Source: Trichoplax adhaerens
Taxonomy: Eukaryota; Animalia; Placozoa
Assembly (NCBI RefSeq): GCF_000150275.1
Contig: NW_002061022.1
Coordinates: forward strand, 6,920 to 23,288
DNA length: 16,369 nucleotides
Reading direction: 5' to 3'
Shown: positions 1-12,000 of the stretch, one piece after another
Position numbering within the stretch: position 1 is the stretch's first letter
Layout: the number at the start of each line of letters is the position of its first letter
Notes under the pieces: model-generated
Told to the model about the DNA's origin: nothing
Database searches by the model: none
Seen by the model: the letters and a program-made list of their open reading frames with translations, nothing else
Translations under genes and position numbers: made by a program

Positions 1-5
1 TCCAT
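1..5 (+). CDS. 3' end of an LRR exon truncated by the window edge
   Basis: tcc at|GTAAGT is a consensus donor in phase 2, as in all downstream exons. Confidence 0.6.
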
Positions 6-3000
6 GTAAGTAGTTGGATAATAATGATACTGACTTGTAAAGTGAAATGTCAAGTCTGTCCGCAAATCAATAATTTCCATATGGAAAATATTTACTACAG
101 TGTAAAAATTTCTATGAGTTTCTACAATGTTTAGTACACAAACCAAAACTATATAATGGAATGTTCGGCCTTTCTGTTCATAGTTTACTGTTAAATTGAC
201 TATCTACTTGTTATTCCATAAATACCACTTCGACCAGTAGATAACGCCATGATTTATTAAGTAATATAACGCATTAAATAATCGTAGGCCCTCTAATTAG
301 TAACTTTATTAATTAATAAGCTATGTAATTTGTCTAGCTGCTCAGTGACCAGTCTCCAAACCCAAGTGTGTTACGGAGCTTGATACTCCTTGTTTTATGA
401 CAAGTAGTTATTTGTGATCATAAAAATAAAGGGTACTAATTTACATTGTAGATAGTGGTAAATAAAATTCGATTAACCTAAATCCCTATCGTTTAACTCA
501 ATTCTCTAATATAGGAATAGGTTAGTTTCCTTATAAAGAGCGTCACGAAACTAGACGTAGATTAAATAGAGTATATAGAGTAGTTTAGGTTCGATCACGA
601 TAAATTGTTATTATATCATTTATCAGTTTAAAAATAATTATTGCATAAGAAATCATTCTTAATTAAATTATTTAATTCGAGATTTACGACAAGATTAATA
701 AATTAGTAATACTCGGATAGGATACCTAGTTGCCATATTCATAATTTTAGTGAGCCTTATACAGTAATAGTATCTATTTTTTTAAATTTATTTTAAATAT
801 TGGATAAACATTGACTAAAATTCGTATCACAATTTTAGAGACATTGCCGGCTGTGGTATCAAAAAGATCAAAGCAAGTTTATTCAAAAATTTAAATCAAC
901 TAACAAACTTGTAAGCTTTCTATGAATATTTTGTTTTACAATATTCCGATATCATATAATTATGACTTAGATATTAGTATAGATATTATGTGTATGCTAC
1001 ATCTTAGAGTACTAAATTGCGACATTTCTTATTTATTGCGATAAACCAAGGTTTATTCAAGTAGCTGTACTGCTTTATGTTTACTCTGAAGAGTACGGTG
1101 TAACTCTGAAATCGTATAATTAGACGCTTCATGCCTATGTATTCAATCAGATTACGGAGTCAAATAGTGATGATTAAAAACAAATCGTGTTTGCTTGTAA
1201 TTTTAGTCATTGTCTTAGACATCTGGTATTCTAGTTTCTTCATGTCATGCAGGCTAGTATTATCTGTTGGTATAACAGTCAATAAAATAGGACTTAAATT
1301 GTTTTATGTACATACGAGTATTAAGAAAATATATTTAGAGAATTGCTTTACTATATTCTAATAAGTTGGATCACAAAATTGTTTTGAACACTCCTGCAAA
1401 AAATCGCTAGATACATAACTGTAATTCGGTAAAACGATCAAGAAAAAATGAGTCACTCTACTTCATCAAGGCACTTTACAGCTTTATCGTTTTATAGTTT
1501 CTGTCTAGCAAGTACCGTATAAGCCAGCTCTTCTTTCAATTATTCTTCAATCATATGACTATTATAGGAATATTGATAACAATGAGATAGAAGTGATCAA
1601 TAACGAATCGTTCTTGGGGCTATCTTATCTAAAGAATTTGTAAGTATTATGATTCTACCGCCTATCTAAACTAGAAAAATGGTTTCTTTATAAGCTGCTT
1701 CAATAGTTGCTTTCAGTAATTTCTGGAGTGCTCTAGAATTCGATATTTCCATTCGTTAAGTGCTTTACTATCACGAACCAGCTTTGTGATAAAGATAAAG
1801 TAAAACAAAACTCTAAATTCTATAGTTTCTGGGATCTAGTATCCCTTAACTATCTCGCAAGAATTTAGGCGCCTTTACTCCTACGTCAAGCAATTGTAGA
1901 ACTTTTCTTTTCTTCAACATCTGCCGAGCTTAAATACCCTTCGGCAGCTTCTATCATGTATGAGTCATAACATTTCATGAAATTTAGCTCATATTGGACA
2001 GCTAAATTAATGCAGAAATTATTCATGATCTTAGACATGTATTGAAGGATTCTAGATGATTAGATTACAGTATATCCATACACAGAATTATTTATAATAT
2101 CTTTTATAATTGAATATCTTTAGAATATTTATCGCAACCGTCACAAGACATAACGCCATAATCAATTAACATTAGTTACCATATGAGAACTCTTACTACC
2201 GTACAGCATAATTTACTGTAATAAAATAATAACTACCGTAGTTCTTACTGTAAGTTATTATTAGTTATCTCCATATATAAATCTTAACCGCTAAATTTAG
2301 CCATTTAGCTTTCACGGTGACTAGTACCGTGACATGTGCATAATAACTTAAGACATTAATAACAAAATCTACACCATGCTACTTTCTAAAAGAGTCATGC
2401 AGAACTGCTACAGAGGAGCTATTGCATAGCAGTGGTAACGCATTTATCTCCAATAACTTATACTATAGGAAGTCGTCAGTATTTAGAAACGTACTTTAGA
2501 TATACAGTATATCACGAAGGACTGTTTACCAAAACCCATAAAGGATTTTCACGCCGTAGTTACTATAACTTTGAGTACCGTCTGAAATTATCAAGTCCAA
2601 TTTTTTATAAGCATTGTCTAGATGTCACTACTGCATTTAACTAACTAATGCTTTCGAAGATTTGAACGCCCACTAAATTTAATTTACTTTTCAACTCTAC
2701 TTTTCGTAGATCCCTTCAAAACAACAAAATATCTCATATAGCTATCAGCGCTTTTTCGATGTCGCCTTCATTAGACACATTGCAAGTTTAATGTTTTGTC
2801 AATTCCTCAGTATTTATTAATAAAATTATATTATTTAAGTTGATTAACCATTTTATTGTTCTAGGCATCTGAGTGGTAACAATTTACGTATGAAAGATAT
2901 CTCATCCATCGAATTTAAGGGAAGAATTCTGTTCGTAAAAAAACAACATAATTATTTTGCTATCGATGCTCTTACATCAAAACTCGTTGATAAGTTGGTA

Positions 3001-6000
3001 CGATAGATCAGTTATAGCCAAGGCTTACGTTTATATTTAGAGTCTATAGATGCTAATGCATCGATACCTTCCGATTAGACTAGAATATGAAGAATAGAAT
3101 TTTTATTTTCGTAATAAATAGTCAGAACGTGTCCTAAATTCGTGTATAACTCACGTGAACTAGTTAATCAAACACTGTACTGATTGATCAGCCTAAGTAA
3201 ATTTTGATAATCATAAGTCTAGTCTCTAAATTGATTTCTAGGTATTTCTATAGTTACCATCATTTTACAAGATATATTGCAATTAAACAGGATGAAATAA
3301 GTTTAATTTGTTCGAATTAGTTGCCAAGTATACATTCATATACTCTAGTTAATTATTTATGACTATTAGTATACTGTTCTTTCTTACTACGGATTATGAC
3401 ACGTCAATAATTTTTATCCGAAAATCGTATTGTGTCGCAAATACTAAAATTATAACAATATATCTTTTAACATTATTTAATTTCAGCTACGAATGCAAAT
3501 AACTACGATTGATAATTTATTAAATCGCAACTATTCTCTACCTAGGAAATTAGCTGTTAACAAGTTCCCAGAAATTATCTTTCAAAAATTTCCAGCTATA
3601 GATACTTTTATCTTGTGCGTTCCCTATACTTTCCCTACACTTTAGTACTTTTTTAAATTTTGTATTTTATTGGGTGTTTATTTTCAAATTAAGTTCTTAA
3701 TAATCTTCTTAACCCTATCAATCGTTGATTAGAGTTTTAAACTGGAATGGAATTGAACATATTCACAACATTCCATTTATGCCATCGTTATCAGTAATGT
3801 AGGTGAAAGAATCCATTTAATTACAGTAAATACTAACCAATTAATTAATCTAACAAAATCTGAAGGCAAAAATATAATTGTTGGATTAGGGTTGATTTGG
3901 ATTTAAAGATAACTTAGTTTTGTTTCCTACACGCAGTACACGAGTATAATTCATATCTTTACTAATGTAATTTATCTTGGTCGCTATATTTCAAAATCAG
4001 AAATTTATCGAATAACCGAATTTATTCTGGCTCCGTACTAAATTTTGCTAATTTAACAGCCTTACAAAGCATGTAAGTACGCATTTTGTCCTCTTTGATG
4101 TTTTATAGCTAAACTACACTTTTTATCACTAAAAATGAAATCTTATGGAAACAAACTTGAAAAACATTTCTAATACTATTTATTTATAGTAATTTGGATT
4201 TCAACAGAATCACTTCTATTTCCAGCTCTTTCTTCAAGAGCCTATGGCATTTATCAAATTTAACCACCATGTAGGTCAATAAATAACTAAAATTTCTACA
4301 AAATACTGTAGAGCAAGATGTGCTCGTCATATTTAAGACTAGCTGTGATATATACCAATCACGAAATTCCAAATTTTAGAAAAATAAGGGCTTTTATTGA
4401 ATCTTATACAAAGATTAACTACACAGCTCTACTCTAGCCGAATACTACTTCTAAAGACTTCTAGAATGAGCTAACAGAGTAATCTAAAGTTGCATGCTTT
4501 TATACTTTCCGTAGCATTCGCAGCTACAATCCGCATGGCAACCTTTTACCTTATTTTACACATAGTTAAATTATTCTTAGTAAGACTATTCTACTGCGGA
4601 CCATCATTAATCCAATATGGATACGACTATGGTACTTACGTAGACATTATTCATACCAGCCAAAGTATAATGAATTAACCATATCCTAATATCTGATTTA
4701 CAGTTCTATTTTTACCTATAGCTATATTAGTAACTCAACAGCTTACTGCATATAGTCATCTGTACTCTAGCATAGCGTCTCTACCACTACAGTCTATAGT
4801 TACAGCTACCAAATATCTCTTAGGATAAATATCTACCGTACATTATACTACACATGGCTAACAGTCTACAATCACAATACTAAGTTACATTACACTAGCA
4901 CAAAATAAGAATGTAAAATATCCGTACCCTAATCGTTGCCAATATAGTGAATCTATTAAATATTTTGTTATCAATTGGAACTACTCTTTCAATATTAGTC
5001 TCTGTCCTGATATTTTATGTACCGCTATCATTTTTTTGTTACAAAATTGTTGATTACCATGTACGACTATATTACTTCTAGCTATGACTACAATTACTTT
5101 TTTCAATAAGGATAGATTCTAGCATAAATGGATTTTGCATGATTAATTAACGAATAAACAAAATGTTGCTATAGCAGTCACAGTACTTCAACAGTACCTG
5201 TACAAATTAATTATTTTAGAATAAGAGAATATGCCGGCTATACGATCACTGAGCTGCTAATACCTTTAAAACTATCCTTACTTCTATACTATTCCAGATT
5301 ATCGCTTCATTATATTTAGTATTGATCATGCTATTTGTTATGAATTTATCGCCCTCACAATCTTTTAAAGATGATGCTTTTTACCTGATTTCACCAGACC
5401 ATGGATATCTATTGTACATTACTCGAAAGAATTACGTAGTTCAATTACCGATTTATAAATGATATTTCGGAAATTAAACTAAAATTCTCTTGTCAACGAA
5501 TAAAATCTATGAGGATTCTGATAAGAGTTTTATTTTAAATTCTATTTAGTACATTTCTGCAGCAAGTTACAATTCTAATACAATTGAATTCACTGCTATG
5601 AAGATGATATGTATGTTACAGAAGAATTAAACAGTGATTGTATTTATTAAATTTTAGGAAGTTAAATAATAACAAGATAAAAATTATAGCAGATGATGCC
5701 TTTAAGTCCTTAAATCTCGAACGATTGTAAGTTTTGTACCTTATAAAAATTAAATTTCGTGTGATATTTGTATCATCAATGGCTGCCAATTTAATATCTT
5801 AAATATATGATTTAAGTAAACATCAATAATTTTAATGCGTTCTGAAATGCAATGTAAAACCGTTTAAACGAGTTATTCTTTAAATGAAAATAGTTAGATT
5901 CTATGGCTTCACTTATGTAATTGCATAATTTAAGAATTTAAGCAGCTATGAGTTTTTTATTTTTCAAAATATCGTATTAAATATTTAAATTTAAGGCTCT

Positions 6001-9000
6001 AAATCATCTGTCCTGCAAAGACGTAGTGTTAGATATATGACCATCGGTAAGATGTACTTGCGTGGATTTCAAGCCAACAATTATATTGTTTGCAAAATGT
6101 CACAAATTGCCTAGTTTTAGTAGCAATAAGCTTTGAAATAGATGCATCTTCAAGTAATTAGACATTTTGAACCGGATACTGTACTAGTCGAATCAACTCG
6201 CAAATAACTTTTAATTCCTAAAGCCAAAAATAATTAAATATAGATCAATTTTCGTTAAAAATTTTATCTACAGATTCTAGTCCCAAGGATAGAAACTTAT
6301 CTAGAATTTATTTCAATGCAAAATTCATAGTTATTACTAGATGCAAATCCAAATAGATAAAGAGGAAAAATTGAAGCAAGCTACTCACTGTGAGCCTACT
6401 TACACTTTCATCTTTCCTGACATTCAACAATAATAAAGACTATAATTACTGACGATCTATCCATAGTCAAGAAACTGCAGTAAACCACTAGCCTCGCTCA
6501 GATAATAATTGTACCTAAATTTTATTGAAACATCAGTGTCACAATCGAGATAACAATGTAAAGATTAACGGGATACTTTCCTCTAAAGCAGTCTTAACTA
6601 TCCGTCTATGCAATTAACTCTAAGCACTTTTTAATCTACCAAACTTAGATTCGAGTCTTAGACGATAGAATATTCACGTGAAAGTCAAAACTTTATTCTA
6701 AAGGCTATTTATTAAAATGACCGATTGAACTCGCAACTTACAATCTACTACTAACAGCTGATAACCATCTGTTATTGACTAACTTATCAACTTCCTCAAT
6801 TAAGAACTTTAAGGTTTTTGTATAGCCTCACAAATTTCGTTGGTGCAAAACAATAATGAAATTATAGCCAAATCTACATACTGAATACAGCAAGAATCGT
6901 AACACACTTTCTATGACATTTGATAGTAATTAATTAATAGCTAGGTGTTAACATACGATTCATTACTTTGAAAACGTAATAATTAATTGATTGTTACAAT
7001 CAGTCAAGTTATAATACAGATACAATGGCAATAGTTATTAGTTCATAGATATTATTATAAAATTATGCAATCATCTAGTAAAAGTACTGTATTTAATACG
7101 TCAAAGATAAATTATTATCAAGACAATCCTATTCGTAATGACCAAGTGATGGTCTCCTTTTATTACTGTTCTGTACTACTGCAATTAACTGAAATCATTA
7201 CACTACTGTAGATAAAATATTTTCTGAAAATTATGTGGCGGCTGCAGGATGAAAGTTAATCCGTAACCTTGCTTAAAAATGCTTTTTTCTACTGCAACTT
7301 AGATATCTTGATTTTAACATTTACTAGGGAATTAAGTTGCAATAGGCTAATCCAAATAAATTTTTTGGAATCTCTAAATAATTTACAGAACCTGTAAGTA
7401 ACGAAGGTTAACATTTTGATCGTAATTCAAATTGATAATCTGTTAGTTCAGTTCATTCAAAAATATGGCCCATTAATGTAGCAATCATAATTACAGGATC
7501 TATCAAAAGATATCCTAGAATTAATACGTGCGTATTTAATGAATCAAAATTTTTTTCTAATTCCATATAAGCAACTTAAATGATAATAAAATCAGAAAGA
7601 TAGCTAGGAGCGATTTACAAAATTTAAAATACTTGAAGTTGCTGTAAGTAGAAATAAGAAAACTACAATACATCCATATCTTAGTGAATTTTAATATGCA
7701 AGTCTATTGCATTTCAAATAACATCTACTATAAGAAAGCTTCAGAGTATGTATCTATTTGAAACGTAAGGGTATTTAACTATGATTTATGGGCAATAAAG
7801 CTTAATATTTAGCAACCAAATTTCTCAAATTGAAGGAAATTCTTTTGAAAATCTTCATAATTTGAAGGTCCTGTAAGTACTTTAATTCCGTAAATATGTA
7901 TATATGTAGCTTTGAATTAATTTTGGTTATTTTACATCCGACATCTATAACGACATGCCTAGCATCTAACAATTGCTTATTAAATAAATTTTAAGTAATA
8001 TTGCATATTTATAATCATGAAATTTATCGTTCAAATCAGCGATCTATCTTTTAATCCTTTATCACAACTGTCATCGAATACTTTCAATGGTTTGCATAAC
8101 TTGTCTATTCTGTAAGTAGTATCTTTTAAATTTCTAAGCTACCTCTTGATTTGAAAATAGCATGGCTAACTTTTATATTACAACGTAAATTTTTTGTATA
8201 AATTATTAAATCTATGTATATATTTAGTTATCGTATTCTGTTCCATTTGGCTTCTATATTTATAGACTTTTAAAAAGTTGTGAAATCAAAAATATGACTG
8301 GCTTATTTCATGATTCCTTATCTAACTTAAAACATTTGTAAGGTGGCTTAGATTTACTATTAATTTGATTCGATATTCAGCTTATAAAAGATTCATAAGA
8401 TATCTGACATAGTCTTAACGATAATGTATTATTAAACTGTCTATATTCTAGATCTTTAGCCAACAATCATCTCGATTCCGTCGATAGCAGAATATCCATC
8501 CCCTTGAAATCCTTAGAATCTTTGTAAGCGAATGCCTTAAAGCGATGAGCATTATTCAGGATACATGTCCATAATTATCACGACGCAAATGCTCCTTGAA
8601 TAGTAGTATACATTTAAGTATTTGTGTCAAAGTAAATTTCTGCCTAAATAGGTTATTTTGATTAAAACTTAGTGATTGACTCGTAATTGAGAATTTTTCT
8701 CGTTAGTAATTGATTTTGTGGCTTTCACGAGAACATAGCATTGGTTGTATTAGTTGGAGTAAAGTAGAAGTAGCACAATGTTATTAAGTTTCTTTGTGTG
8801 ATTTCAGTCTAGAAGGGTAGACCTAAGCTAAAATAGTAGCTGACAGTAGCAACCTAGAAGAGTAGAATACTTCACTTTATTCTTTTCCTGGAGAGTAGTC
8901 CGTGACAATAACATAGATTGTATGAATACAATTTTCTAGATGTATTACTCAAATTGAATTTTCCTTTTCTACATTTTGAAACTAACTTTTTCTTACACGG

Positions 9001-12000
9001 AAGGATATTGAGCAATAATCGTTTGGCATCATGTGGCGCTCATGAATTTGAAAACTTGAGAGAGATGTTAGTCTAATCGTCATACTGATATCAACTTTAA
9101 TCTCAACATTAAATCAAAAAATTACAGATTCAATAATTACAATTATTTCCTCTAATCTAGATCTCTCAGTGATAATAAACTAGGGGAAGTTAATTTGCTT
9201 CCTTTCTTCAAAATTAAAAGATTAAGACTTTTGTAAGTAGAATTTAAGCTAACGTATAAAAAATTTTGATTATTGTGCATAATTGACGAAGAAGTTGATA
9301 ATTATCTGTATAAGGCGATACATTTTATCCCCTATTTTTTATACTGTCACAAACCTGTTTTATAACAAAGCTCCCGTAAAGCCTCTAAAATCCAATATCC
9401 CTTAAACTTTCCACAATAACTTAGACACCTTTGCTTTTATATAATAAGATTAGAGAATTGATTTTATTTAACAATCTACCGAGCTGATATCTCTCCGGCA
9501 GCAGCTACCATTGATGGATTATCATTACATTCTAAGGGTTAAATTTTGCTTGACTACTGAATTAATTCAATAATATTAGCGGTAATAATACCTGCTGACT
9601 AATTCTGGATCAAAGAGGTACAAACGATGAAATTCTATTTCATGATTAATAGATAGCTGGACTACAATATGTTTATTCACAAAATCTTTTATAGATAATA
9701 TAACTTCTAATGGGTTAATAATCAGGATCACAATCACTAGGTAGTACTAAGATTAATTAATCTTTATTACTATACAAGAATCTTATTACAGTATAACACG
9801 TACTTTACAGTGAGTAATTATAACCATAGTGATTCCTATTGCAAGTAGTTACTTGTAATTATCGTATACATAAGTTTTAAAATTCACGAAGCTCACGCAC
9901 CTATTGTTCACGGTTGTATGTACCACCATATTCTTCCTATCCAACAACTTTTAAGACTTACTAAATATAATTTTATTTAATTACTGCATTCGCAGCATGC
10001 AACAAGTAGTGCATAGTAACACATTTCAGCCCTTGAAATAGTTACCATGTTACCACAGTTAAGCCTTTGTCATAACATACCTACGTACCGATTACGCCTT
10101 TTATATACCTCGCACAGTAGAATACGCGTATGTGAGCATTTCAATTTCTGATAGTTATGTTTAAGCAAAGTGAACGCTTATACCTCAGTAATTAAAATAA
10201 TTCTTGTAGCATTTAATTAATTAACTTTGACTGAGCTTAAGGTAAGTCTTGCGATTATTTAGCACTTAATTGAGTAGTTACAATTATTATTTGATTGGAT
10301 AGCTTATCTGAAACTGTTTGTTTTATCTGCATCTGAAGTTTCGCTATAAATTAAGCATAAGACGTCAAGAGAAAATTAGGTACTGTTCTGCAGTCGTTTA
10401 GATTGTTTCTCATTCGTAGTAATAAGCGTTTTCGTATTACTAAAGTTGTTGATAGTTTTCATTACATTTAGAATGCGTTCAGCAATAATTCTCTGCTAAT
10501 TAGTATCTGAGAATTTGTATCTATATGTAATGAAATGAAAAGTGTAGAGATCAAGCTACAAAACTTTAACTAACTTTGATTCTGCTTTCGTTGCACTCCG
10601 GTCGACTTAACGCTAATACTTTGACACCAAATAAAATTTGGGGAAATAACCGAACAACAATTTATTACAGAACAAAAATGGAGAGAAGTATAAACCGAAC
10701 AACCTTGCAAATACTTAGCTTTAAGTATTATTAAAAATATGACAGACTTAAAAACTGTCAACGTCCAAGCAACCTTTCAAAAAGAAGAACGTTTTAACTT
10801 ACGACAATTCGACCCCGAAGGCCTTTTAAATTCAACAAGTTCTTCAAATAAAATCTTCTTCTACTCTCTCCCTAAATTTTCTAATTGCACTATCATTTAT
10901 AGGCTTCGTAGAGCCGTCAGAGGTATTTAAAACTAAACAATTGCTAACCAATCGCTCTCAAGATCCATTTTAGAAAACTACTTTGCACCATTTAAGAAAA
11001 CAAAAATCATTCAAAGTTCAGACACAATTTACCCTACGATTCCCTCACAAAACACTATAAAACTAACAAGCTAACTATAAAAAATACATCAAACTTCACT
11101 TCTAACATAATTTCTATCATTTATACACTATAAAAGTCTAAAAACCAACCTTTAAACATCAAAATTTAGTCATAAAAACAACATTCTAACTACTTAATCG
11201 CCTTAACAATCAACACAACCTCTGCCAATTTCCATCTTATTTTCTATTTTCCTCACTAAATTCTTCTAATGTGACTTCAAGTCACGTCATAAAATTCCAA
11301 AGTTTCAAATTCATAACAAAAAGTCCAAATTTCAAAAATCAACTCTTACGATATTTTTCATGAACAAAAATCCAAAAATTAAAACAGAAATATTATAATT
11401 CAGACATAAATTAAAACAAACCCGACCGATTCCAAAACAGGAAAATTATATCGGACAAAAACCCGGCCGGTTCCAGAGTCCGAAAACTATATTGGACATA
11501 AATCCGTAAAAATTCGGTTTCTATGAAGATCACAGTAATGGCTTATCAAAAAATTTATATGACTATTACGACTACTTTTCTGACATTAGTATCGCTTAGT
11601 ATTCGCGAGTATTTCGCGTATTGGCAGTTGATGTTTTAGCGTCAGATTGTACTGTAACTGTACAATTATAGACTACGTTACAGTACTTTATCGTCATGTT
11701 ATAAATCCCCTTTCTCTAAGGATAGGGTTTTGCTACTAAGTTAAATTTAGTTACAATTTGAATAGACGATCAAATGCCCTTTCTTTAGATTAGGCATTTG
11801 CTCTGGGGCTACTTCTATAGTAATCTATATAATACCTTGTAAAATAATGAAGAAAAGATGGCGACATATGATTTGGCAGGGTTAAACTTAAAGACACTAT
11901 CACTTTCTAGGTATTTTCTATAGTAAGATAGTACTAGTAGATAGAGAATACATATAAATGTTCAGAAGCTTTGGAGTAGCAATATGTTGGTATAGCCGTC

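Noticed and set aside
1131-1361. 76-aa + strand ORF from the track
   Set aside because: Intronic, hydrophobic low-information peptide typical of AT-rich DNA, no motif.
2432-2644. 70-aa + strand ORF from the track
   Set aside because: GTG start, no recognisable motif, lies in an intron of the LRR model.
4184-4372. 62-aa - strand ORF from the track
   Set aside because: Antisense shadow of LRR exon 4190-4270.
4490-4678. 62-aa + strand ORF from the track
   Set aside because: TTG start, no motif and no phase-compatible splice sites found.
6038-6136. Selenocysteine or alternative-code reading of the two TGA codons
   Set aside because: No SECIS identifiable, no TGA in any intact LRR exon, and nonsense mutation is simpler.
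10570-10761. 63-aa - strand ORF from the track
   Set aside because: Antisense to the TBP-like frame, no motif.
10931-11420. Mitochondrial insertion (NUMT) explaining the G-poor strand
   Set aside because: No mitochondrial protein, rRNA or tRNA recognisable by eye; kept only as an alternative pending BLASTN.
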